Source: Harriotta raleighana (lineage: Eukaryota). Taken from it: 64,000 nt of DNA. Each line of letters opens with the position of its first letter. The stretch's first letter is position 1. The notes beneath the pieces are model-generated. The model saw only the letters and a list, made by a program, of their open reading frames with translations. It did not search any database and was not told the origin of the DNA. The stretch is from the NCBI GenBank assembly GCA_050575255.1, contig JBNZDD010013652.1, forward strand, positions 158,702 to 222,701, in the 5' to 3' direction. Positions 1 through 11,018 of this stretch are shown here, piece by piece. Made by a program: the position numbers and the translations under genes.

Positions 1-520
1 GCAGAGAGGTATGGAGGATGGCTAAAGGCACGGTAGAAAAGCAGGGAGTCTGGCCTTGAAGGAGGCAAGACAAAGGGATTGTGGGATGGAGTTACAAAGT
101 GTGGGAGCAGAGAGACTGAAAGCTCGGCCGCTGATGGTAGGGCAGGTCGGGTGGGAGACATGGAGCAGCCCGGAGCCTGATGAACAGAGGAACGGACAGG
201 ATGATAAGTGGTCCACAGGTCAGAGAGGTAGGAGGGGCCAAGGCTGTGGAGGGTCTTGACAGTGAGGACAAGGATCTTGAATTCTACCCTCTGAGAGATG
301 GGGAGCTGGTGGAGCTGGGTGAGGATTGGGGTAATTGGGTCATGGAGCCTGGTATGAGAGAAGACACAAACTGCAGAGTTTTGGATGATCTGAAACATGT
401 GGAGGAAAGGGCTGGGGAGGCCGACAAGGAGGGATTTTCCGTAGTTGAGCCTTGAGATAACAAATTTCTGTATAAGGGTTTCAGCGACCTGAGGGGTGAG
501 ACAGTGGCGGACACCAGCAC
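1..520 (-). mobile_element. L2-clade LINE fragment (ORF2 3' region), in the complexin intron
   Basis: The minus-strand translation GSGLLHVSHPTCPTISGRAFSLSAPTLCNSIP resembles the L2 ORF2 C-terminus. It is homologous to many other copies in the window. Confidence 0.85.
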
Positions 521-1809
521 ACTAGACTCAATTTAAAAACTTGCATGGGAAGGAGACAGCATGAGACAGCAAGCTCAACAGAGTCACATTATTCAGATAA
601 TATGCTGACTCGAATGTCTAGGCATCTAAAATCCCATCAGGGAGCATCTTACATGTTTCTAAACTCTACAACACAGGATTTGTTGCTTTCAGACCAATTT
701 CTCTTGTATGTTACCTGCACCAGAAGGATCAATTGTCTACCAATATTGAATGGTTGTGTTGAGCCAGTTCACTGATAATCAGACCCGGAGAGTGACAGTG
801 GATAGATTCCAATTCTACTAAACCTGGAAAGGTTGCAGAATTTTATTCTTAAAGGAGGCAGATTGTAAGATGTTAAACAACCTGCTGATCAATGATGTCT
901 TCCGAACGTGAAAGGCACTACACAAATGTAATCTGGCGATTAGGAATCATCCGTTGTACAATCGCTGTCAATGTTTACCAGAGAGCCCAAGGGATGCTTA
1001 TGGCATGATTTTTTGTTGTCCCATCACCTATGTTTTGTCAGTATTTTAAAAATAACTATCCGACCAACTACATTGAATCCATTTATCGAAAATATGACAC
1101 ATTAATTCCTCCAGCATTATAACACACAAATGAAATATAGGGTCACTTTTCTGGATCTCTAAAACCTATCATACAAATTAGCAGTGCACACGTCTAATAT
1201 TTCTAAATAAAATATATTAATTATGTAAAAATAGTTGTTTCAAATGAGTTGGAAGTGTTGTATATTGTAGAATTATAGAATCGGACCTGGACTGAATTAT
1301 TATATTATTATATTCCAGTACCTTGCGAAGTCCTCCCGACGTGAAAGGCACTCTGTAAATGTAATTTTGTTGTTTCATATTGTAAGGAGATAAATGATCT
1401 GATTTGGATTTACAACTTGCATTTACATAGAACCCTTCTCGTAGGGTGGTTTAAGAACAATTAATGTCTTTTATGGACTTAGTGGTGAGGTAAAAACTTT
1501 CGATATGAAAGCAGATTCAGCATTAGTGCTGAAGGAGGTCATTGAATAGTAAATTTAATATACAGTACCAATACAAAGATTTAAAGTGTAGATTTCAAGG
1601 TGGCTTGGACTTGGGAGAGATTTGAAGATATTTTCTTTAAGGAATTGATAGAAAGCAAGACATGTCCTTGATGTTTGTATCGCAAAACTTATGTTGTTGT
1701 TAACACCTCTCCAATGGTTGGGGAGAATCTTTTAGAAGTCAGAACTCATGTTGGACACTAAAATGGCGTCAAGATGGAAGCTCCTGTCATCACCTTCTGT
1801 CCTGCGACT

Positions 1810-2320
1810 TTGATCTCCTTAATCTCCCCTCAGACCTACCAAACCAGTGCGAAACCTAAGAGTGAGGTTCGACCCTCAGCTGCCCTTCGTTCTCCTTATC
1901 CAGCCCCTATCTAGAATCCACCACATTGCTGACTTCGACTGCACTTTACCCATACCCCAGCTGAATTACTCCTCCATGCATTTTTCACTTCCCAACTCGA
2001 CTTTTCAAGTGCCCTCTTTGCCAATCTCCCCATCTTCACCATACACAAGCTCCGGCTGGTCCTAAACTCTGCCACCAGCATATTCACCCGTGACTCCTGC
2101 CTTCTGCATGTTCCTCGTGCTCTCTGTTCCAACATTGGTAGCTAACCTTTCACATTTCCTCGATCCTTCCATCTTGCCCCTTCCTTCCTTATCTTCAGAT
2201 TGAAAACCTTCCTCTTCAACCATTCTACAATTACATCCGCCCTCCCCCCGGCTCGGCATTGTGCTGCGCCCTGAGCATGAGGCACTATAGTGTATAAATA
2301 CAAGTTGTTCTTGTTTTTGT
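1810..2320 (+). mobile_element. Degenerate L2 LINE fragment
   Basis: VRNLRVRFDPQL-type motif, similarity to other L2 copies, and an L2-type tail ending tataaatacaagttgttcttgtt. Confidence 0.65.
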
Positions 2321-2923
2321 AAAATGCATTATTAAGTCCAGATGCATGAATGTCAGATTGCAAAACTGATTCTCTAAATAGAAAATGACAAATCCAATTA
2401 AAAATGGCCAGTGAACAAACACAGTGATTTTGGGGGGGGGGGGGCACTTTATCAATTTTGGATTCACAAGCTATTGACAAATCTTGAAATCCAATATTCG
2501 CAAAGAGGAAATTGTAATTGGAGATTTTAATGCATTGGAGAAGCTCACATTTTGTACATCCATTGTCAATAACAACGTTTGGAGGGAGGGAGGGAAGGAA
2601 GGAAGCAGTCAAACCACGAAATAAAAAAAGCTGGGTTTTCAAGCACGATTTCAAGCAATGAGGAAAGCGGTGGAGGGATTTAGGGGTAGATTTCAGACAG
2701 TAGAGGGGGGTGCCAAAGTTGCTGTAACCTCACTTGCAGGTGGTGTAAGCAGACTAAAGTGGTTTCAGAAGTAGGGTTAAGGGAGAAAAGGTGTTGCAAA
2801 GCTGGAGAAATTTTGAAGGCGAGAACTAGGATATTAATGTTGATCCATCTGATGGGTGATCAGAAATGCAAGAAGTTTGATTGTTGATTTGTTTGATTGT
2901 TAACCTTCTATGTGTCTCCACAG

Positions 2924-3118
2924 TATGGAATAAAAAAGAGAGAAGAGCAGGAAGCTGAAGCCCAGGCTGCAATGGAAGCACAAGCAGAAGGAAGTCTGAC
3001 ACGTCCCAAGAAAGCTATACCAGCTGGATGTGGAGATGAAGAGGAGGAAGAGGAAAGCATTCTGGACACTGTCTTAAAATATCTTCCAGGTCCTCTTCAG
3101 GACATGTTCAAAAAGTAA
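2924..3118 (+). CDS. CPLX1: Complexin (CPLX1/2 class, best guess CPLX1), terminal coding exon
   Basis: A pyrimidine-rich acceptor ending CAG (2921-2923) precedes the phase-0 frame [64 protein letters not shown]. This matches the complexin C-terminal half from Y70. YGIKK and [10 protein letters not shown] are CPLX1-type. There is no CAAX box, so it is not CPLX3/4. Upstream exons lie before the window. The paralogue call is less certain than the family call. Confidence 0.93.
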   Translation, partial: YGIKKREEQEAEAQAAMEAQAEGSLTRPKKAIPAGCGDEEEEEESILDTVLKYLPGPLQDMFKK

Positions 3119-5516
3119 CACACAGTCTTCGTCCTGTGAGATAACTTTTTGTTTTGTTGCTAAATGTCACCAATTCTCATTATAAAATGGGAAGTTATTA
3201 TCTTCATTCCAGCTAATTCTGATTTAACAACCCATCTCTTCCTGTATAGTGGCATGAAATCCTCATTGCAACGGAACAGCCAGGAGAATTTTGTGTAGCA
3301 GTCTAGAAATAATCTAATACGATAAGCCATGTTTATAGTTAAATAAAAATCTAGATTATTTAATAGTGCAAAGAAGAAACTTGTACCTTTTTATCAATAT
3401 GTGACCAGTTCTGCCCAGCAGAGCTTTTCAGACTTCATGTTACATCAATATAAATACCTGTTGTTCATCATACTTACTAGTTAAATGATAATGCATATTA
3501 CTGCATCAGGTCACAGCACTGGGTCATGTCTACAATGCAGTGCTAATTTACTGAGCACTGAAGTGAATTCAGTCATTAATTACTCTGTTAAAATCAATGT
3601 ATGGTGGTTTTCTTATTTTGGACAGAGCCGCTAAAAGAGCAGAATGTTTTCTTATGTGAGTGTGTGTTATATATCCATTGGTTTCCTCCTTAAGGTTCAT
3701 GAGTCATATTTTCTATACATTCTTGTTAGTTACCACACAGTTTTGTTAACACTATATGGATGCTGACTAGTAGACAGAGACTTCATGAATCTAAGCATAC
3801 AACATGATATCTAAACTCTGTAAGAATATCTGATTAAATCTTTACTTTGGTAATTCATTAAAGGATTGTGCAATAACAGACAATAGGTATTATTGTTGCA
3901 CTGCCCTCCTTTCAAGGGAATTTGACATTGGATGAGCCAAATACTCATCACTTACTGCATCTCATGAACACAGGACTAGTTTTAATCTTACCGATTAATA
4001 TCTCCATCACCAAACAGGAAATGTTTTGCCAGTTCAATAGGTAAATTTAAAACCCTGCATTTGGTAATGTAAAAGAATAATATGTATTCTACATTGGTAT
4101 ATGTTTCTGGGGCCCCAGTTTTACTGCAGAAGCTATGGACCTTATAACATTTTATCTTATGTTGAAGATCAGAATTTTATTTTAAATAAAATTGCAATGC
4201 AGCCTAAAACTCAGAGCTATCAGTCATTTGCAGAAGGTTATCATAAACAGTACTATTGTTTGTCATCAGTTTAGGGAAAGTACAAATGATCTTCTCATGA
4301 AATACAAACCAAGGCCTGGAATAGGTTTGCCTGGAGTATGTTGCTCATTATCCCATCATACTCAGCCTGCAAACATTCAGATCTGAGGAAGTATCAAAGC
4401 TGGGAACCAGCTGGTCTGGTTAGCCCCATTTCACAGCCATTTGACAACTGTCAACAATAGACAGAGCACAATAATTGCTGGTGTGAAAATGAAATGTTGT
4501 AGCCAAAATACTTTTGCTATAAGTTCAACTTTTTGTTTCCAAGGATGTTCTACATGTCTTATTTGTCACTGATTAGGTCATTGGTGTCTGTCGAAGTATG
4601 TAGTGAAACCTACTGTCAAAATTGTAAATAGTTAAAATATATTCAAAAAAAATTAAGCCATTTAAAATTAATATGAGGAATAGATCAAATTGCTGGATAT
4701 GGGACAATCCCATGCTAACTATCACTGTGAAATTCCAAGCAGCATGGTGAAGTATTTGTCAATGATGGATATTATGACCTGTTTCAAAAGATAAAATCGC
4801 TGTATCTTCAGTACTGTATTTTCCTCATGTCACATAATTTAGTACAATATTGCTAGTTAGTCTATTCATTTCATCAACAAGGTAAACTCATCAGTAGCTA
4901 GAATTATTTTGCTAGGACAAAATGCCATATTTCGTCTAGAATGCTCAGATGAGATTGTGTTTTCACTGTTGAGTGGAAGGTTAGATGCACTTGGTCTGAA
5001 AACCCAATGAGGTGTACTTCAGCCAGAAAGTTATTAACACTGGTTACTGACTCCCAATGGAATTGTTCTGGGTACTGGGAGCCATATGTTACTCTTCTTA
5101 GGGAAAAGTGAAAATACAAGTTTTCCTGTGGAAATATTAGCATTTCTGCAGCTATTCATCTGGGAGATATTTCCCCACATATTTCCCATGACTGACAGCA
5201 TGTTTGTGTTCGCCCAGGGACTCTGCAATACCCAGTGTGTTTGCTGGCCTGTCACTTGACATGGACCCCCCTACATTACTCACTCCCCAATGCAGTTCAG
5301 GCCACTGCCACAGATTTATCTTTCAAAACAACAGATGTCATTCCAAATAAAGGATGAAAACATGATCTATGTAATCATGATCTACCTGATTTGTATTTTA
5401 GTTTGAATTAAACCAAAGATAAAGTCACTCCATAATTATGATTTATCAGGTGTTCTGGTTTGACACTAAGTTGATATTCTTGGTTTGTGAAAGAAAGGAA
5501 ATCATTTTAATTTAAA

Positions 5517-5653
5517 AAAAGGCAAAATACTCCAGGTGCTGGAAATCTGAAATAAACACAGAAGTCGTTGGAAACACTCAGCAGGTCAGGCACCATTTAT
5601 GGAGAGAGGAAAGTGAGTTAATGTTTCAGGTCGGTGACCTTTCGTCAGAACCC
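5517..5653 (-). mobile_element. Penelope-like terminal-repeat fragment carrying a minimal hammerhead motif
   Basis: Resembles a repeat I recall as common in sharks (gcaaaatactgcagatgctggaaatctgaaataaa...ctcagcaggtcaggcagcatc...gtttcaggtc...gacctttcgtcagaac). The minus strand contains CTGACGA...GAAAC. Confidence 0.65.
5615..5653 (-). ncRNA. Minimal type I hammerhead ribozyme motif (decayed)
   Basis: Minus strand reads GGGUU CUGACGA A AGGUC ACC GACCU GAAA CA U U AACUC: stem I GGGUU/AACUC, core CUGANGA, stem II AGGUC/GACCU, core GAAA. Confidence 0.6.
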
Positions 5654-6943
5654 ATTTTAAATCATTTTAATCTCAGGTATGGGTTCTTGCATTTGAACAC
5701 TCTGCAGTAGGTCTGTGTGTGGGGCTTCCCGCCACTCTACTTCCTCACAGCCTTCCAGTAGAATAAAGCCAAGACTCCGATATGAGGAGAAAACACATTC
5801 AGTTCGACAATATAATAACTCTGCGTATATCAGCAGAGAAAGCCATATAAGTGGGCTTGACAGTCTTGCACGTTTAACTAAACAAAAATAACTACAGTAT
5901 TAAGAAAATAGCCCCAATCATGTGACGCAAAGAACTCGTGAAAAAGTTGGGAATGGCATGCAAAACATTTTTTGTTACACATGTGGCTGAGACAGAAACC
6001 AAAGCAATAACATTCTGTTGCAGCAGATTATGTGTAACAAAACCAGACGGTGTGTGTGTTGTACAGTACTCAGTGAAGGACATTGACTTCAAGGCATTGT
6101 GGCAGAGTTCTCATGAATGTGACAGAAAATGTAGTACCTCAGAGCAGGTCCCTGATATCTTCAGTTATAATGCAATGTTATTATATAAGACTTTTAATCA
6201 ACACTTTGTTTGGTCTCACTTTATTTGCAAAATACTTGTTGTCTCACTGTTTAAATACACTATTTTATAGTGTATTTGAGAAATCGAATTGTGGGCCAAT
6301 AAAGAAGTCATAAATTTCTCGGACGACCAAAACAAGTCAAACTGAAGCAAACATAAAAACTACTGAAAGATTTAAAACGACTTTAAAGACTGTCAAGCCG
6401 ACATAAAATCTGACTGCAATATCTATTAATAAATACTAGTCTGTTTGAAAAAATTGATTTGTTCCAAGTTACTTGTCGTTTTAGCTATGCTTTTTATCCT
6501 TCATCATTTTGGTTTTGTTGTCTATGTGAAAAAAAGTCATAATATGCTACTAATTAACTTAAATTTAAAAATAAGAGATTATACTGTAGCTAAAACCTTT
6601 GATGTGACCTGAATTTAAATGTCAGATGCATCTTCAGTTGCTGTACCTGGTGTTTGTCAACAAGCTGTTGTGAACGTAATGCTCATTCATTGATTTGTTT
6701 CAGGCCAGTTCTTATTGGTGCTTGTAAGCTACTCTTCCGAGACGTGTATTTAGTATAAATTGGTGAGTTTTGTAATGTGACGGATTTCAATCCTGCTTTA
6801 GAGCAAGTGCATGCCCTACTGCCAAGTACTTTGTGACTGTATGTTGTGTTTATTTCAGCACTTGTTGCATCTCACTGCATGCCATTTGTATGGAAATTAG
6901 TGTAATGTTCATCTGCAATGAAATCACGCACAGTAACAACAAT

Positions 6944-6949
6944 AATAAA
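6944..6949 (+). terminator. Candidate distal polyadenylation signal
   Basis: AATAAA followed about 30-40 nt later by cttgtgttttattt, a GU/U-rich downstream element. More proximal AATAAA hexamers also occur, e.g. 3342 and 4185. Confidence 0.55.
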
Positions 6950-9900
6950 GTGATTTCATTCAAATTTGTATCTTACCTACCTTGTGTTTTATTTCCAAAA
7001 ACGAGGTAGAAAATTGGAAAAATAGTAGTTTATTGGTCTGATATTTATGAAATTGGAACTCCAGAACGAGCCGGAGTAACATATTTCTTGTACTTTACAG
7101 GTTGAGGAATCTGATTTTCGCTGTATTGTTCATGTTTCAGTACTGTATTTATGTGGTCAAAGATCTCTTATGTTCTAAGGATACGAAGATGAGACGAACC
7201 AGTCAATGATCAAAAACATTTCATATCAGAGGAGATAAAATTGCAAGAATTATGTTAAAGGCAAATGGAAAATGACTTCTGCCTTTTCTATGGCATGACA
7301 TGATTCTTAGAAAAGAAGGTTGCATTTATAGAAGAGATGGAATAATATCAGATGGATCAAGTGATACTATTGACATAATACTGATTGAATACACTACAAA
7401 TTCCTTGCTTCCTTAGCTGCCTAGGACTGTTGTCAATGTTGCCAATGTTGACCAAGGAAACAATTGCTGTTTATGAGATAAGTCAGAGAGGGGATGAAGC
7501 TTTGCAAAGACTTTTCCCACAAAAACATCAGAGTTTGTGACAGTTTGCTTGTTCAATGGAAATTATAAAGATCCCACGACAATCAAAATACACAGTAGAG
7601 TATATTCTGTGAGTGCTTTGTGCCAGCTCAATGATGTTATAAGGCACTATATCAGCTGCAAGAGGAGTTCTCTTGGTGTTCTGGCCAAAAATCTTCCAGA
7701 TACAATTGATGATTCACTTCATGGCTGTTGGGATTTCTGATCCTGAGGATTCAAAATATGATCCAACAATCCAAATTGGTGCAGTCAAAATTTATTAAGT
7801 GAAGCAAGGTTAACATACAATTAAACTCCTGTCTCTGTTTTTGTTCCTTATCCATTTTTAGGTAATCTGATCTTTTAGTTTGTGTGTTACTGCCAGGAAT
7901 TTCTAACGCCGTTCCAGTCCCTGCCTGTTCCCTTTTCTATTCCAAAATGTGGTGTCCCTGCCAGGCCCCTAGGAACACGTATTCCTCATCTACACAAATC
8001 GTTTCAAGATCTCTTAACGTTATACTATCCCATACCGTATCCCTGACTTATGTAAAAGGTGTATAATCAAGACCATACCACCAGCATTAGCATACACATC
8101 TGGTCTAGGCAGTCTCAGTTTTCGGCAAATCACCTCACTCCTAACTTTCCTTCTCTAACTGGCCCTTCCCTGTCTGTAAAACGGAACAACTGGAACCCTG
8201 CTACACGTGTCAGTAGTTCTGGACAACAGTGGCAGACTGGAGATCTCGGTTTCCACCTTGAGAATCCCCCCAACTGTTGTGATGAGCCACTCTTTCTCTC
8301 CTATCCTTATACTTCTCTACCAGCCTCATCATATTTAACTCAACCGGTTGATCACTTGGACATTGTCCAGAAGGGATGTCAAAACCAGATCATCTAAAGC
8401 CAGGGTTGCAGGGAGTTGTTATTCAACTCCTCCCTTTATTTTATCCACTGTGGCTTGTACTCGCCTCCCTTGTTTTCCCAGACCTTGAGATGGCTCTCCT
8501 GCTTTCTTTTCATCAGTAAATCCACAAACCCTCAAGGCCAGTTTAAACTGACCTAAAGCTAAAGCAATTACGGAACAATTTGGGGAATGTGTGCAATAAT
8601 ACCTGCAGAAACCTGACTGTTAATTATTGCATTATATTTAGGCTATAATTTCTATATTCTAACATGGCTGTTTGTGACACCTTCTTGGGCACAAATTGGC
8701 TGCCTAGTTCACCTACAAATACAGAGCCATTGTATCTTACAACAATTACCTGTAAAGTGCTTTGAGAGATTTCCATGTTGTATGTGCTATATGAAATATA
8801 AGAATTATTATTATGATGTTATAAATATCTATGGAAAAAGTAGACTTCTTCATCCAGATGTCCTAAAAAAAGTGTTTCTACATAAAAGCTCCTTAAATTA
8901 TGATTGTTTGGAAGTTATATTTAAATTCTTACTACATTAGGGTCTTCCATCTATTTGTAGAGCAGCAGTGTACACCAGTGTGTTAACTGACTATTGATAA
9001 CAGTAATTTACTGCAAAATTTCATCCATTTTCATTATTGATCAGTTGGATGTCTGTCACATGAAGAAATCCATCTCCATAAAAGTGTCCAAACTAGAATG
9101 AGAATTCCTTATTTGCCAACTATGCATAGGAATTCCTAAGTCTGGAATTGAATGTGCAGTTCTCCCCAGAAGAAGGTTTGCTGCTTGCGTATTTCTGGAG
9201 GGTATAAGAACAGATTGGTAAGAGCCAAGGCTCGGGGATCCCAGGGTTTGCCTTAGGAACTGCTGGAATCTAATCAGCGAATACCACAAAGGTTGCCATT
9301 GAAAGCAATATCTGCAAGTTTCCCACTGGTTCACCCTTTCTGTTTCGGCTTTGCTTGCAGGGTTAACAGGAACTGAGTGGGAAGAATCCCTATCCTCAAT
9401 ACTCCTAAATCAAATGCAAGGATTATTATTATTAGTTCCATAATTGCATCTTCATTCTGTACATGCTTGCCAGGTTCTTTACACAAAAAAATGACCTCAT
9501 CAATTCCAGCACATACAACTAACATTGTTTCTCTTGGAATAATTTTCTCCTGAAGCTCTGTGCTTTGGAAGAACCAGGGGTTGAGTGATAGGGAGCTATA
9601 GTGGACAGAGGACAGCTCATAAGAGTGTGATCGGAAAGCTCCATGTCAGAGATATACAGCAAAACAAATCCTCTAGCACAAATATAAGTTGGTTTGATTT
9701 TGGATTTTAGAATAAAGTTGAGTACAGTAATCCAGTAAGAAGGAAGTTCAGGCCATGCTGATCCCTTCCTCCTCATATGTACACACAGTACAATTATTAA
9801 CTCCTTAGCAGGATCATTTTAGGTAAGTGGGGGTATAGGAGTATAGTAGCCCATCATAAACAGCATCCTTCATTTGCAATACATTTGCACTAAACAAAGA

Positions 9901-10595
9901 TCATCTACTTCTCTGTGGTGAATTAAAAACGCTTCTTTTGATGATATTTATGGACTTCGATGAATCTGAGGCCTGAGAATTTCTCATAGGAATAGTGTTA
10001 AAAACTGTTGCCTTCAGATTTGAGATTGTGCAGAAATTTATACTTTTCAAGTGTTTAAGTTTCCAAAATTCTGCAGGAATGAAGCTTGAAAAGAATGATT
10101 TTAAGGCACGAGAAATTTGGAGCATCACATTTTCGAATGAACTTCATCTTTCCTGACTTGCTAATTGCTGAAGAGCAATCACACCAACGGGACAGATGTT
10201 CAGTTCCTGCAGGAAATGTCGCATTGCAGCATTGGCAACAATAATACACACATAAATAGCTGTGATTGTCATCGATACATGCCAACTACTCAAAGAATTT
10301 TGTTACAGAAATATATTCTGTATGAATAACAGATGTCTGTCACAGAAGTTGGTAATTTACAGAACTGTAAATTTCAGTGTTTACCTGTTCAGCCAACAGA
10401 GGCGTGGATAAATCTTAATTTATTCATTATTTCTTTCCAGTTTTTTACATTTGTTTAACCCCCGCCCCCACACCCTCACCACCTTATGCTTTCCTCCCTT
10501 CATACTATTCCCAATGCAGAAAAAACAAGAAAAGCAGAAAACCTTATGAAAATATATTCAACTCCAGATTGGGATTTCCATCTATAGTGTCAGGC

Positions 10596-11018
10596 TGGCT
10601 CAGTTGGTATCACTCTCGCCTCCGATTCAGATGTGGGTTCAAGCTTAATGTCGGGGCTTTGAATTTATATAGTCCAACGGATACTTTAATGCGGTGCTGG
10701 TGTTTCCTACATTGTTTGAGGTGCCGTTCTTTGGATGCATATTTAAATCAAGGCCCCAATTGGCTATTCAGGTGGATGTCAAATAGCACATGGAACTATA
10801 GTATTTAAAAATATCAAGTGTTCATGATGTTGTGGGCAAAAATTGCCCTAAATAAATTGATGATTCACTTTATGGCTGTTTTGGGGGGCAGTGCTGTGTG
10901 AAAAACTGGCTGCTACATTCGCCCATACTTTACAGTATATGGTGTGAAGTGCTTTGAGACACTCCCTGACCTGGAATTTACTTAAATAAAAGTAAGGATT
11001 ATTATTAGATTATTATTA
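10596..11018 (+). mobile_element. Older tRNA-headed Deu-domain SINE, near full length
   Basis: A-box TGGCTCAGTTGG, B-box-like GGGTTCAAGC, central gaggtgccgttctttggatg...caggtggatgt segment resembling the Deu domain, and an (ATT)n tail. Related degenerate copies lie at about 17540-17830, 22980-23365, 33960-34255, 53760-54060, 57500-57720 and 58880-59230. Confidence 0.7.

Larger units (their letters stand above)
3119..6965 (+). other. Probable long 3' UTR of the complexin gene
   Basis: AT-rich and almost free of the SINE/LINE copies that fill both flanks. It ends at AATAAA 6944-6949 followed by a U/GU-rich tract. The end point is inferred. Confidence 0.6.

Noticed and set aside
2897-2923. N-terminal extension of the complexin ORF in the ORF track (MLTFYVSPQ)
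   Set aside because: It is intronic acceptor sequence; homology begins at Y (2924).
9901-10285. Minus-strand ORFs with an LRR-like phrase (IPAEFWKLKHLKSINF) and a Cys-rich stretch
   Set aside because: A single short motif with no repeat periodicity, no convincing exon structure and no recognisable family. BLASTX would settle it.
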